IMG/VR virus record: IMGVR_UViG_2687453420_000003 | Origin: an uncultured virus (IMG/VR IMGVR_UViG_2687453420_000003) | Taxonomy: Duplodnaviria; Heunggongvirae; Uroviricota; Caudoviricetes | Direction: 5' to 3' (one strand) | DNA length: 64,000 bases | In this document: one piece after another, positions 18,413 through 29,345 of the stretch | Position numbering within the stretch: the first letter of the stretch is position 1 | How the letters are laid out: each line of letters begins with the position of its first letter | Translations under genes and position numbers: made by a program | The notes under the pieces: model-generated | Database searches by the model: none | The model's input: the letters and a program-made list of their open reading frames with translations, nothing else | Told to the model about the DNA's origin: nothing

Positions 18413-19006
18413 TTATTTAGATTGGAACTTTTTTGCTACTGAATAAAGATTACCACTTAGCGCATTTGCTAATTCTTCATCAGGTTCTATAAGCCAACCC
18501 TTATCTCCTTTAACTAATTTTACATTAATATTTGTTTTTATTTTTGGAGCATTAGGATCATTTATAGAATTCAGCATATGTTGAATAATTACAGCCTGTT
18601 GTTTCTTTTCATCAATTTTTCCTTGGGAAAAAGCTTCATCTATTAAATTTGGTAAAATTTTGTCAATTGTTTTTATTGTTATTTTTCCTAAATCTATTGA
18701 TGTCACTGAAACCTTTGCTGTAGCAGTATTACCATTCTTTTCTACATCTCCTAAAGAATAATCAAATTTAGATAAAACAGCTTTTACAATTTTCTCCTGC
18801 TCTTTGCTATCAAATTCATCAACTTTTAATTCTTTATAAAAAGAATTAACGTTTATAAATGTAGATGCCTTTTTAATATCTTGTTGCTTAAGAGCTCCAA
18901 AAAAACCCTTAACAGTTTCATCTGGCTTTGGACTACATCCTGTTAAAGAGATAGATAAAATTGCTATGAATATAATTGGCATTAATTTTTTAAAAGTAGA
19001 CTTCAT
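18413..19006 (-). CDS. Lipoprotein (NTF2-like, DUF4878/DUF5105 type)
   Basis: Lipobox LTGC; PDETVKGFF; KLVKGDKGWLI. Confidence 0.75.
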   Translation of the reverse strand: MKSTFKKLMPIIFIAILSISLTGCSPKPDETVKGFFGALKQQDIKKASTFINVNSFYKELKVDEFDSKEQEKIVKAVLSKFDYSLGDVEKNGNTATAKVSVTSIDLGKITIKTIDKILPNLIDEAFSQGKIDEKKQQAVIIQHMLNSINDPNAPKIKTNINVKLVKGDKGWLIEPDEELANALSGNLYSVAKKFQSK

Positions 19007-19179
19007 TATATAATTCCCCCCTAAATATTAATATGTATAAATTATACAATTAATATGACAATAAGTAAACTTTTTATTAATTTTTAGATATTATATGACT
19101 TATTTTTTCCTAGTCATCTCTACTTTTTCAATTTCATAATAAAAATTTTGATTTAAATTATTAATAAAATTTATTACTA

Positions 19180-19629
19180 TTATTTAAACAACTTTAAATA
19201 CTCACCATATCCTTCTTCTTCAAGCTTGTTCTTGGGGATAAATTTAAGTGAAGCTGAATTAATACAATATCTTAATCCACCTAACTTTTCTGGTCCGTCA
19301 CAAAACACATGACCTAAATGAGAATCAGAATTTTTACTTCTTACTTCTGTTCTAGTCATTTCATGGCTTTTATCAATAGATTCTTTTATTATTTTTCTAT
19401 CTATAGGCTTGCTAAATGCTGGCCATCCACATGAAGAATTAAACTTATCTTTTGAAGTAAATAAGGGTTCTCCATTGGTTATATCTACATAAATTCCTTC
19501 TTCATTTAAATCCCAATACTCATTTTTATATGGTGCTTCCGTTCCATTTTCTTGAGTAACATAATACTCCTCTGGTGTTAGTATCTTTTTTAATTCCTCT
19601 TTAGACTTTTTACTATAATTTTTATTCAT
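19180..19629 (-). CDS. msrB: Peptide-methionine (R)-S-oxide reductase
   Basis: [29 protein letters not shown]. Confidence 0.96.
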   Translation of the reverse strand: MNKNYSKKSKEELKKILTPEEYYVTQENGTEAPYKNEYWDLNEEGIYVDITNGEPLFTSKDKFNSSCGWPAFSKPIDRKIIKESIDKSHEMTRTEVRSKNSDSHLGHVFCDGPEKLGGLRYCINSASLKFIPKNKLEEEGYGEYLKLFK

Positions 19630-19762
19630 ATTTCCTCCTTAATTTAAATTTTTTTAAAAGATTAATCTATACAAACTTTAAATAAAAGTCTTAATATATT
19701 ATTATAAAGTAAAAATAATAATATGCCTTAATATACTGTCACATAACAAATTAAAAAATTAT

Positions 19763-19790
19763 AAAGCCCCATGTATTCACATGGGGTTTT
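19763..19790 (-). terminator. Intrinsic terminator of sod
   Basis: aaagccccatg-tattca-catggggtttt. Confidence 0.7.
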
Positions 19791-19861
19791 TGAACAATCT
19801 TAATAAAAAACTTAATAAACAATAAATTTTTTACTGTGTTTTTAATTAAGTAATACATTAT

Positions 19862-20458
19862 TTATTTTATAGCATTATCATATCTAGTATTTACTATATC
19901 CCAATTTACAATATTCCACCAAGCATTAATAAACTCTGCCCTTCTATTTTGATATTTTAAATAATATGCATGTTCCCATAAATCTAGAATTAATAGTGGA
20001 ACTACTCCCCATTGAGTTAAATTTTGATGTTTTTCTGCCTGCAATATTACTAATTTTTGAAACATAGGATTCCATGCTAAAATAGTCCAGCCTGAACCTT
20101 CTACTGCTATAGCAGCTTCAGTAAATTGTTTTTTAAATTTTTCATAATCCCCAAAATCTTGTTTTATTCTTTCAATTGCAGATCCCTCAGGATTTAGATT
20201 TCCATTAGGGGTCATATTTTCCCAAAATAATGTATGTAAAATATGACCTGACCCATGAAATGCTATTTCCCTTTCCCAATGCTTTATTAATGTAAAATCT
20301 CCTGATTCTCTAGCTTCTTGAAGCTTTTGTTCCGCTTTATTTAATCCATCTACATAAGTTTTATGATGAATATCATGATGTATTTTCAAAGTCTGCTCAT
20401 CATAATGAGGTTCTAATGCATTGTAATCATAATTTAAATTTGGTAAAGTATGTGCCAT
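19862..20458 (-). CDS. sod: Fe/Mn superoxide dismutase
   Basis: HHDIHHKTYV, HILHTLFW, DLWEHAYY. Confidence 0.96.
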   Translation of the reverse strand: MAHTLPNLNYDYNALEPHYDEQTLKIHHDIHHKTYVDGLNKAEQKLQEARESGDFTLIKHWEREIAFHGSGHILHTLFWENMTPNGNLNPEGSAIERIKQDFGDYEKFKKQFTEAAIAVEGSGWTILAWNPMFQKLVILQAEKHQNLTQWGVVPLLILDLWEHAYYLKYQNRRAEFINAWWNIVNWDIVNTRYDNAIK

Positions 20459-20569
20459 TTTAAATATCTCCTTTTTATATTTTTATTTTGTCTATCCTTA
20501 CTTAGTATTAATTACTGTTAAATAAATATTCATGATATTTGTATGCATAAAATCACAAAACAAATATTT

Positions 20570-22315
20570 TTAAATCCTCCATTTTTCTGCCGTCTTTCGT
20601 ATATCTAAAAATCTTTTATAAACTCCCTCTTGATTTATTAATTCTTTATGATCTCCCCTTTGAACAACACAGCCCCTATCCACTACTAGTATCTGATCTG
20701 CATTTTCAATAGTAGCAAGACGGTGTGCAATAATTATAATAGTTTTTCCATGCACCAAAGCACTAATGGCCTTTTGTATTGCATGTTCATTTTCTGGATC
20801 TACGCTGGCAGTTGCTTCATCCAAAATAACAATTGGAGCATTTTTAAGTATTGCTCTAGCTATAGATATTCTTTGCTTTTCACCTCCTGAAAGAGTAGAA
20901 CCGCCATCTCCAATAACTGTTTCATATCCATTAGGCAAGTTCATAATGAAATCATGGCAACAAGCTTTTTTAGCCACCTTTATTACATCTTCAAAGCTTG
21001 CCTCTGGTTTCCCAAATCGAATATTATTATAAACCGTATCATGAAACAAATATACTTTTTGAAATACCATACTTATATTCTTTAAAAGACTATCGCAGGT
21101 TATATCTTTTATGTTACTTCCTCCTATGGATATACTGCCTTTGTCCACATCATAGAATCTAGAAATCAAATTGCATATTGTAGATTTTCCGCTTCCGGAA
21201 GGGCCAACTATTGCTGTAGTAGTATTTTCTGGTATAATAAATGATACATTCTTTAATACATCCCGCTTTTCATAACCGAAAGTAACATTTTTAAACTTAA
21301 TATCATATTTTGATAATTTTATATCTTTGCTATTTTGGTCAATAAAATCTGCACTTTCTATGGCATTTAATTTATCCAATGTTGCATCAATAATTTTTAA
21401 CACATGAGCTGCATTATTTATAGTTTCAATATGCCCAAATATAACAAAAGAAAATATAGCCATCATAAGCATTGTAGGTATATCCATAATTCCATTTACA
21501 GCCATTATTGCTGATGCAAGAACCATAACTACAGATGCTAATTTAAGTACAAATAAATGTAAACAATTATAAGGAACATAATCTTTTTCAATTTTAATAT
21601 TTATATCTTTGCTCATCTTATAGGCATTACGAATCCCATCTATAGAAACTCCATCCTGCTTAAAAGCTTTAACTACAGACATTCCTCTAATATACTCAAT
21701 AGTAGCTGTTATCATACTATCTTGCGCCTTCTGATGTATTGGGGCATTTTTATTACTCTTATCTCCAAGCAATTTTAAGAATATAGCTGACAATAAAATG
21801 CCTGCCATTGCAATTATAGCAATCCATAAATTATAAAAAGCTAGACAAAATACCATTGTAAATGCACTAATATATCCGTTTACAACAACATCAATCATCT
21901 TCATTCCATACATTTCAATAAAAGATAAATCTGTTGTTACTGCTGAGGTAATTTCTCCAGCATTCTTTTCGCTAAAAAATCCCAAAGATACTCTCTTTAA
22001 TATATATCCAATTCTAATTCTTTGCTCTGCAGTTACTTCATATCCAATACTATCTTGGGTGGACGCCCGAAGATAAGAAAACAAAAATCTACCTAATACA
22101 GTAAAAGCCATAAATCCTAGCATATAAAGCACCCAATCTACTGTTAAATTCTTATTTCCTTTCATGTCCCCTATGATAAGATTCAATCCATATGCAGTTC
22201 CCATAATTGGCATGGCTGTAAACATAGTATTAAAGAAGGAATATATAAACCCTACATATAATCGTTTTTTTCGGTGTCCAGACCATTGAATAATTCGTTT
22301 TATTGATTTAAACAT
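20570..22315 (-). CDS. ABC transporter TMD-NBD half (IrtB/YbtQ-like)
   Basis: Six TM segments, GPSGSGKS, LSGGEKQR, ILDEATASVDPENE. Confidence 0.9.
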   Translation of the reverse strand: MFKSIKRIIQWSGHRKKRLYVGFIYSFFNTMFTAMPIMGTAYGLNLIIGDMKGNKNLTVDWVLYMLGFMAFTVLGRFLFSYLRASTQDSIGYEVTAEQRIRIGYILKRVSLGFFSEKNAGEITSAVTTDLSFIEMYGMKMIDVVVNGYISAFTMVFCLAFYNLWIAIIAMAGILLSAIFLKLLGDKSNKNAPIHQKAQDSMITATIEYIRGMSVVKAFKQDGVSIDGIRNAYKMSKDINIKIEKDYVPYNCLHLFVLKLASVVMVLASAIMAVNGIMDIPTMLMMAIFSFVIFGHIETINNAAHVLKIIDATLDKLNAIESADFIDQNSKDIKLSKYDIKFKNVTFGYEKRDVLKNVSFIIPENTTTAIVGPSGSGKSTICNLISRFYDVDKGSISIGGSNIKDITCDSLLKNISMVFQKVYLFHDTVYNNIRFGKPEASFEDVIKVAKKACCHDFIMNLPNGYETVIGDGGSTLSGGEKQRISIARAILKNAPIVILDEATASVDPENEHAIQKAISALVHGKTIIIIAHRLATIENADQILVVDRGCVVQRGDHKELINQEGVYKRFLDIRKTAEKWRI

Positions 22316-22321
22316 ATTGCT

Positions 22322-24106
22322 TTACTCCTCCTTTCCACTGTTGGCTGCCCATTTCTTTGCACCAATATGAGCCTGCCACATATCTTTATAAAGTTGGCAT
22401 TCTTTGAGTAACTCTTCATGTGTACCTGTATTCAAAATACAACCTTTTTCCATAACAATGATTAGGTCTGCATTTCTAATAGTTGACAGTCTATGAGCAA
22501 TTACTAATAAAGTTTTCCCTTTAGTAAGAGCAGCAATTGATTTTTGAAGTTTATCTTCATTTTCGGGGTCTGTAAAAGCTGTTGCTTCATCCATAATAAT
22601 AATGGGTGCATTTTTTAAGATAGCTCTTGCTATTGCAATCCTCTGCTTTTCTCCTCCTGATAATTTCCCTCCTGCTTCTCCAGCATTAGTATCATATCCA
22701 TTATCAAGATTCTTGATAAACTCATGGCAACAAGCTTTTTTTGCAGCATTGATCACTTCTTCATCAGATGCACCAGGCTTTCCAAGCCGTATATTTTCCA
22801 TAATTGAATAATTGAATAAAAAATTATCCTGAGTTACAAAACTAACTGTGTCAGCAAGCTGTGACAAAGGAAATTTTTTGATATTAGTACCACCAATTTT
22901 AATTTCTCCTTTACTCACATCCCAAAATCGTGTAATCAATCTTGCAACCGTAGATTTCCCACCTCCTGAAGGGCCAACCAAAGCTGTAAATTTTCCTTCA
23001 GGAAGTTTTAAATTAATATTATTAAGTACATAATTATTTTCTCTATTTAAATTATCATCTTCATAAGTATTATAGGAAAAAAACACATCTTTAAGCTCAA
23101 TATCATATCTACAAATATTCACTGGCTCTAATGGATTTTCAAGTTCCTTTAAATTTAAAAATTCATAGGCATCTTTTACAGCAAATTCTATAGCTTTAGC
23201 ATCATTTATAAATACTGTAAAACTAGTTAATGGTGCTACAATCCCTAAAGATAATATAAGGCACATTGTAAGATCTGCCGGAGTTAAAGACCCATTTATA
23301 TACAAGTACATTCCAATAGGCATAGTCCCAAGTAAAGTTGATGGTAAAACTGCTCCACCAAAATTCATGAGTTTCCAAGTACTTTTAAACCAATTTAATG
23401 TATATACCTTAAAATCTTCTACTGCTTTTTCAAATTTTTCATAAGAGGATGAGGAACGATTAAAAGCTTTAATGACTTCGATTCCTTCTACATATTCTAC
23501 AATAACACTATTTACATAATTACTAGACTCCATATAATTCTTATACTGTTTACTAAAGGTCTTCATCATAAATCCATATGCTATAATGGCTATAGGTATT
23601 GTAATCATTGACGCCAGTGCCATACGCCAATCTATCATAATAATATAGATAAACACACCTATAGGTAAAAGTAGATTAGAAATTCCTTCTGGTATCATAT
23701 GAGCCAAGGGAAACTCGATAGTTTCTACCCGATCTACAATTATATTTTTTATCTTTCCTATGGGTTGATTTAGCACTGTACCAAGTGGAGCTTTCATTAA
23801 CCTATCGGCAATCTTAAGTCGCATATTCTCTAATATGGTATATGCAGAAAAATGTGCTAAGGTAGTCGATATAGCATAAAAAACAAGCTTCACCACATAT
23901 CCAGCAAGACATATTACCGACCAAAACAATATGTCCTTTACTGTCTGCCTTCCATTAAAAAATAAAATTATTATTTGATAAACTCCTACATAAGGCAAGA
24001 GTCCACCTATAACGCTGATTATTGCACATAATACGGAAATAATCATTTTCATTTTGCATTCTTTAGCAAAGGACAAAACTGTTATTAACCAATTTTTTTC
24101 TTTCAT
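22322..24106 (-). CDS. ABC transporter TMD-NBD half (IrtA/YbtP-like)
   Basis: GPSGGGKS, LSGGEKQR, DEATAFTDPENE; heterodimer pair with the adjacent gene. Confidence 0.9.
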   Translation of the reverse strand: MKEKNWLITVLSFAKECKMKMIISVLCAIISVIGGLLPYVGVYQIIILFFNGRQTVKDILFWSVICLAGYVVKLVFYAISTTLAHFSAYTILENMRLKIADRLMKAPLGTVLNQPIGKIKNIIVDRVETIEFPLAHMIPEGISNLLLPIGVFIYIIMIDWRMALASMITIPIAIIAYGFMMKTFSKQYKNYMESSNYVNSVIVEYVEGIEVIKAFNRSSSSYEKFEKAVEDFKVYTLNWFKSTWKLMNFGGAVLPSTLLGTMPIGMYLYINGSLTPADLTMCLILSLGIVAPLTSFTVFINDAKAIEFAVKDAYEFLNLKELENPLEPVNICRYDIELKDVFFSYNTYEDDNLNRENNYVLNNINLKLPEGKFTALVGPSGGGKSTVARLITRFWDVSKGEIKIGGTNIKKFPLSQLADTVSFVTQDNFLFNYSIMENIRLGKPGASDEEVINAAKKACCHEFIKNLDNGYDTNAGEAGGKLSGGEKQRIAIARAILKNAPIIIMDEATAFTDPENEDKLQKSIAALTKGKTLLVIAHRLSTIRNADLIIVMEKGCILNTGTHEELLKECQLYKDMWQAHIGAKKWAANSGKEE

Positions 24107-24178
24107 TTTACTCTTTCACCTCTTTTAAATTTTAGAATTTAAAATACTCCTTACTTATATAAGCCTCTAAAAATACTT

Positions 24179-24210
24179 ATAGGGATTAGTTAAAATTAAC
24201 TAATCCCTAT
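24179..24210. promoter_or_regulatory. Perfect 15-bp-arm palindrome upstream of the ABC pair
   Basis: atagggattagttaa-aa-ttaactaatccctat. Confidence 0.6.
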
Positions 24211-24273
24211 TTTAATCTGCTAAAAGTATTTCTACCACTCCATAAAGACTAAAGATGCTCCAATTAGACATCG

Positions 24274-24293
24274 AAGTTAGTCTATTCTAACTT
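24274..24293. promoter_or_regulatory. Palindromic operator candidate
   Basis: aagttag-tctatt-ctaactt. Confidence 0.5.
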
Positions 24294-24385
24294 GAACACC
24301 TAGAAAACCGCCCTTAGGAGCTTATAAACATATATATATTAATAAAATAAATAACCTTCAGGACAATTTACAAACAGTATTTTAT

Positions 24386-25345
24386 TCAAATAAACCTTCT
24401 TCGATACTCAGAAGGTGAACTATTCATAATTTTTTTAAATGCAGATGCAAATTTACTGGAATTCTCGTAACCTACTTTACCTGCAATGACGGTAATATTT
24501 TCATTTGTTTCCTGCAGCATTAAAGCAGCCACTTGCATTCTGTAAGATCGCATATAAGAATATATTGATGTTCCATAAACCCCTTTAAAATAATTTTTCA
24601 TAGAAGTTAGTGGTATCTCAAATTTACTAGACAAGTCTTCTAATGTAAAGTTTTTATCTATATGCTCAGTCATATATTTCATAATATTTTTTACTGTTTC
24701 AACCTGCTTTTTAGTAAAATATGGCCGTTCCTCTCCCTTTGCTTTTACATCTACTACACTTAAGAATAATAACAACTCTAAAATTTTGATTTTAAAATAA
24801 TTTGTGCGTATCTCATTAGGTACATTATAAAGCTCAGAAAAAATATGTTCAATTGAATCTTTTGCACGCATAATAAAAGGGGATTCTTTATAACAGAATT
24901 TATTATATAATTCTTGCAAATCAATAGAAAATCCCTGAAAAATAGTCGATAATGTTTTTAATGCCTCTTCAATATATATAGCAACCGTGATTCCTTTATA
25001 ATGATTTAAAGGAAAACCAAATCCAACATCATGATGCTTTCTTCCATTAATCTGCATATCTCCCTCTTGCAAATATATATATGAACCGTTCTGGAATTCC
25101 CATTCAATACGTCCTGTTTTGCAATGATCTATTGCCATCATTTTCACCTTTGGAATAAATTCTGAAAAACAATTCTTCAAGTGGAAATCATTGTAGATTA
25201 AATCAATACCATGGAACACATTGTAACAAGTCATAGTTCCTTCACCAGTAATGTCTTTCATTTTATATACAGTACAATTTTTTCCTCTCTTTATTACAGT
25301 AATATTATTACCGAAAGATACATTTTCCTCCATCAGCTTATGCAA
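24386..25345 (-). CDS. AraC family transcriptional regulator (PchR/YbtA-like context)
   Basis: C-terminal double HTH FKGVYGTSI...VGYENSSKFASAFKK..PSEYR. Confidence 0.92.
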   Translation of the reverse strand: MHKLMEENVSFGNNITVIKRGKNCTVYKMKDITGEGTMTCYNVFHGIDLIYNDFHLKNCFSEFIPKVKMMAIDHCKTGRIEWEFQNGSYIYLQEGDMQINGRKHHDVGFGFPLNHYKGITVAIYIEEALKTLSTIFQGFSIDLQELYNKFCYKESPFIMRAKDSIEHIFSELYNVPNEIRTNYFKIKILELLLFLSVVDVKAKGEERPYFTKKQVETVKNIMKYMTEHIDKNFTLEDLSSKFEIPLTSMKNYFKGVYGTSIYSYMRSYRMQVAALMLQETNENITVIAGKVGYENSSKFASAFKKIMNSSPSEYRRRFI

Positions 25346-25802
25346 ATTCAGTCATCTCCTTTTCATATTCTAATAATTTCCTTTAACAAATAAAAAATTC
25401 TTTAGTATCCAATAAAAAGATAGTTAGTATTCTTATTTTAAAGATACTGTTCTTGTTTTTTAATATAAAAAGTTTCAAAAGTATACCTAGATAACAATAT
25501 AACTTTATTATAATTTTTATAGCTATTTATATAAAGTTAAATTTAAAATATTAAAAAACTTTTAGTAATATATTTTATCATAATTTATTATTCCATATCC
25601 AAAGCTTTCTCTTTATATGTAAATAGAAATACCCCTTACTGTAGTTTCATTATCTATGGTACAATAAGGGGAATTGTTGCAATCTAAAGATTCATATAAA
25701 TACTCTATTATTCAAATCTTATTTTTTAGAATATTAAAAGAGAACTTTATTTTTTAGATTTATCCTTTTAATAGATTAGTATTTCGATAATCATATATAT
25801 TA

Positions 25803-26537
25803 TTATTCTACTTCCATTTTATTTATATACCAACATCCGTATGCAATGCCTCCAATAAACATTACAGCAGCTATTATAACTTGACTTGGCATAATTGAGA
25901 TATCCTTAATAATTTTATGATAATTTCGTATTAGTATAAGATTAGGTATTACTGGTAATGGAAATGGTATAAATGCTCTTACAGTTGGTTCACTTAAAAA
26001 TATAAAACTAGCTACAAGCTGAATACCAATATATATTATTGGTACAATTATCTTTTTGCTTACAATTGCCAAAGATGCAGTTACTGTAATCATAAGCATC
26101 TGAAAGAAAAATGATTTTAAAGTTACTACTAAATGTTTTATCATAACTGCTCTTGTAAGTGTATCTCTAAAAGATATATAATTCATTAATGTAAGCATAA
26201 GAAATTCTACAATATATAATAATAGAGATATTAATATTGCAGAAATAATTTTACCCACAAATACTTTCCATCTTTTGTGCTTATATGTTAACATGGATAA
26301 CATTGTGTTATTATTAAATTCCCAGATAAACATATAGGCAATAAGCATATTTATAGCTGCTAAAAAACCATAGGAAAACACCGTTAAGTTTATCCAAGTA
26401 AATAAGTCATCTGCATTTTTCATAACTGATGTGTTTAAAGTTACTGAACTAAATTGAATAACAATAAATACTCCAATAATTAATGGAATCCAAATTCTTT
26501 TAAACTTCTTTAGTTCACATATTACAATATTTAACAT
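25803..26537 (-). CDS. ABC-2 permease (lantibiotic/bacitracin resistance type)
   Basis: ELKKFKR N-terminus, ~6 TM segments, EF..NT motif. Confidence 0.85.
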   Translation of the reverse strand: MLNIVICELKKFKRIWIPLIIGVFIVIQFSSVTLNTSVMKNADDLFTWINLTVFSYGFLAAINMLIAYMFIWEFNNNTMLSMLTYKHKRWKVFVGKIISAILISLLLYIVEFLMLTLMNYISFRDTLTRAVMIKHLVVTLKSFFFQMLMITVTASLAIVSKKIIVPIIYIGIQLVASFIFLSEPTVRAFIPFPLPVIPNLILIRNYHKIIKDISIMPSQVIIAAVMFIGGIAYGCWYINKMEVE

Positions 26538-26572
26538 AAAAGACCTCCTAATTAAAGATAATATCTACCTTC

Positions 26573-27328
26573 TTAATAAATGTTAGCTTTTCTATAAAAT
26601 AAAATACATCCTACAATACCTAGAACAAATATAGAAATTCCAATATATATATCAGTATTGCTTATTACCATATTTACTGGTATAGGAACCTCTAATATAG
26701 GTGTTCTAAGCTTTGCAACAGGTGCTGCTGGTAAAATTGAAAATATATAATCACTATACTTGTTCCCTAAAAGATAATTTGCATTTCCTATTATTAGTGC
26801 TAAAGAATAAACTGATGAAATTATCGTACTTTTACCCATTAAAGCTACTAAAATTGCCATCGGTGCCAAAGCCACTTGAAAAATAAATGAAATCATAAAT
26901 ATTTTAAAATGATTTATAAGAGGTGCTAAAGCTAAAGGTGTTTTTAAAAAAATAATTCCCTTTAAAACTATAAAAATGTAGCTCATTAAATAAATAATAG
27001 CTATAACTATTATGCTCATCAAAAATTTATTAATAAAAGCTCCAAATCTACCATTAGGATAGGAAAATTCTATAGGTGCTGTTTTATACCTGAATTCTCT
27101 AATAAATATAATCCCAATAATGTTGGGGATCACTAATGTAAAAAATATACTAAAAGCTATAAATTCAAATTTAGAAAAGTATCCATACCAATTTAGAGAC
27201 GACATCATATGTTTATTCATTGTGCTAAATTGTAAACAAATTAAGCCCACTAATAAAATAGTAATATAATATCCCGTTCTTTTTAGCTTTAAGAATTCAC
27301 TATATAATCCATCAAGCACCTTGTCCAC
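26573..27328 (-). CDS. ABC-2 permease (lantibiotic/bacitracin resistance type)
   Basis: SEFLKLKR, REF, multiple TM segments. Confidence 0.85.
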   Translation of the reverse strand: MDKVLDGLYSEFLKLKRTGYYITILLVGLICLQFSTMNKHMMSSLNWYGYFSKFEFIAFSIFFTLVIPNIIGIIFIREFRYKTAPIEFSYPNGRFGAFINKFLMSIIVIAIIYLMSYIFIVLKGIIFLKTPLALAPLINHFKIFMISFIFQVALAPMAILVALMGKSTIISSVYSLALIIGNANYLLGNKYSDYIFSILPAAPVAKLRTPILEVPIPVNMVISNTDIYIGISIFVLGIVGCILFYRKANIY

Positions 27329-28232
27329 CTCCAGTAAGTCTTACAAAGTAATCCTCAAGAGTATCATTCATAACATTAACCTCATAAACATCTACACCTT
27401 CTGAAATCATTTTTTTAGCAATATCATTTGACTTATCAAGCATCTCGTATATTCTAATTTTATTTGGCTCTGTTACTTCATAATCTTTGATGTTCATTGA
27501 CTTTTCTAAAATGGTTACTGCTCTTTTATCATTACCAACTCTTAAATTAATATAATGCCTATTCTTTTTCTCAAAACTTTTATAATCAATCTCTTCTAAA
27601 AGTTTTCCATTATGAATAATACCAATCTTTGTAGCAAGCTGTTGTATTTCTCCAAGTATATGACTTGATACAAGTATTGTTATCTCTTTCTTTTTATTAA
27701 GATCTAGCAGCGTTTCTCTCATTTCCTTAATTCCTACTGGGTCAAGTCCATTAGTTGGCTCATCTAATATAAGAAGTTCTGGTTTATGTAAAAGTGCTCT
27801 TGCAACTCCCAATCTTTGTTTCATACCTAAAGAATATTTCTTAACCTTTTTCTTTTTAATATCATAATTAGTAAGTCCAACAATTTCTAGTGCTTCATCC
27901 ACATATTCTTTATTAGGAATACCCATCAGCCTTCTGTGAATATCAAGATTTTCTCTTGCAGTTAAGTTTGGATAAAAGCCTGGTGTTTCAATTATTGCTC
28001 CTATTCTTCCAAAGACCTCTCTATCTCCCATCTTTTTTCCGAAAAGCTCATATTCTCCTTTTGTTGGAGAAATAAGTCCCATAATCATTCTCAAAGTTGT
28101 TGTCTTTCCTGCACCATTTCTTCCCAAAAATCCGTATATTTCTCCTTTTTTAATATTCATATTAATATTATCAACTACGGCTGTAGTACCATATTTTCTT
28201 GTAAGATTATAAGTTTTTAATATATTTTCCAT
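27312..28232 (-). CDS. ABC ATP-binding protein (BcrA/LanF-like)
   Basis: GRNGAGKTT, YSLGMKQRL, LDEPTNGLDP, SSHIL. Confidence 0.92.
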   Translation of the reverse strand: MENILKTYNLTRKYGTTAVVDNINMNIKKGEIYGFLGRNGAGKTTTLRMIMGLISPTKGEYELFGKKMGDREVFGRIGAIIETPGFYPNLTARENLDIHRRLMGIPNKEYVDEALEIVGLTNYDIKKKKVKKYSLGMKQRLGVARALLHKPELLILDEPTNGLDPVGIKEMRETLLDLNKKKEITILVSSHILGEIQQLATKIGIIHNGKLLEEIDYKSFEKKNRHYINLRVGNDKRAVTILEKSMNIKDYEVTEPNKIRIYEMLDKSNDIAKKMISEGVDVYEVNVMNDTLEDYFVRLTGGGQGA

Positions 28233-28433
28233 TGTTTTTCCTCCCTTTTAATAAATAGTTAAGGATTACCCCTCATCCATATTTATAGTAAGGGATAATC
28301 CTTAAATTCAAGCTACGTAATTATTACAAATTTATTAAATTAAATACTTTTTAGATATTTATTAAGAATTGTATAAAAAGCTATACAATAGTTTAGTAAT
28401 TTCACCTAATATTTTTAGCACATTTAGTCAATT

Positions 28434-29345
28434 TTAACTATTAGCCTTAGGAATCTTTACTGTAAATATAGTTTTCTCATAGGGTATGCTTTGAGCAGTT
28501 ATACTTCCATTCATATGCTGAGCCATATTCTTTACTATACTAAGCCCAAGACCGCTGCCTTGAAAACTTCTATTTCTAGATTTTTCCCCTGTATATAATC
28601 TATCAAAAATATACGGAAGCTCATTTTTATCGATACCCTTTCCTTTGTCCCATATACTAAGAGTCACCCATTTATTATCTTCCTTTAAATCAATACCAAT
28701 AACATTTCCTTCATAACCATACTTTAAACTATTTGAAATGAGATTAGTTATGATTCTACTCGTATAATTTTTATCCCCTAAAGCAAAAATCTCTTCATCG
28801 CCTATATCTATCTCAGGGGTTATAGTTCTTTCATTTATTTCATTCATAAAAGTAATTATATTCTTCCTTACTACTTCGGATATATTAAATTTTTCAATAG
28901 TTATCTCTACATCATTACATTCAAGCTTTGCCATTTGAAAAAACTCTTCCATAAGATCCTTTAAAGCAGTGCCTCTTTCTCTAATAATACTAATATATTC
29001 TTCCTTCTTTTCTTTTGTAATAGAATTATCTGAAAGAAGGTCAACATATCCCATAAGAGCAGTAAGTGGAGTTCTTATATCATGAGAAATATTTGAAATC
29101 ATTTTTTGGTGATGTTCTTTATAATTTTTATTATCAATAGAAATACTCTGGTATTTATCAAGAAAAATATTAATTTCTCTAACAAGTTCCTTCTTGTTTG
29201 TACTTAAATTATAAAACTTTATTCTTTCTCTTGAATTTTCCTTAAGGATCTCTTTTAATTTTGCAGTAATCCTTTTAGTTTTTATTTTATTATTTAATAA
29301 TAGTATAGATAGTATTATTATAATAATTATTAATATCCAATTCAT
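28434..29345 (-). CDS. Sensor histidine kinase (single TM, intramembrane-sensing type)
   Basis: ISHDIRTPL, NLISNSLKY, DKGKGI, GSGLGL. Confidence 0.93.
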   Translation of the reverse strand: MNWILIIIIIILSILLLNNKIKTKRITAKLKEILKENSRERIKFYNLSTNKKELVREINIFLDKYQSISIDNKNYKEHHQKMISNISHDIRTPLTALMGYVDLLSDNSITKEKKEEYISIIRERGTALKDLMEEFFQMAKLECNDVEITIEKFNISEVVRKNIITFMNEINERTITPEIDIGDEEIFALGDKNYTSRIITNLISNSLKYGYEGNVIGIDLKEDNKWVTLSIWDKGKGIDKNELPYIFDRLYTGEKSRNRSFQGSGLGLSIVKNMAQHMNGSITAQSIPYEKTIFTVKIPKANS

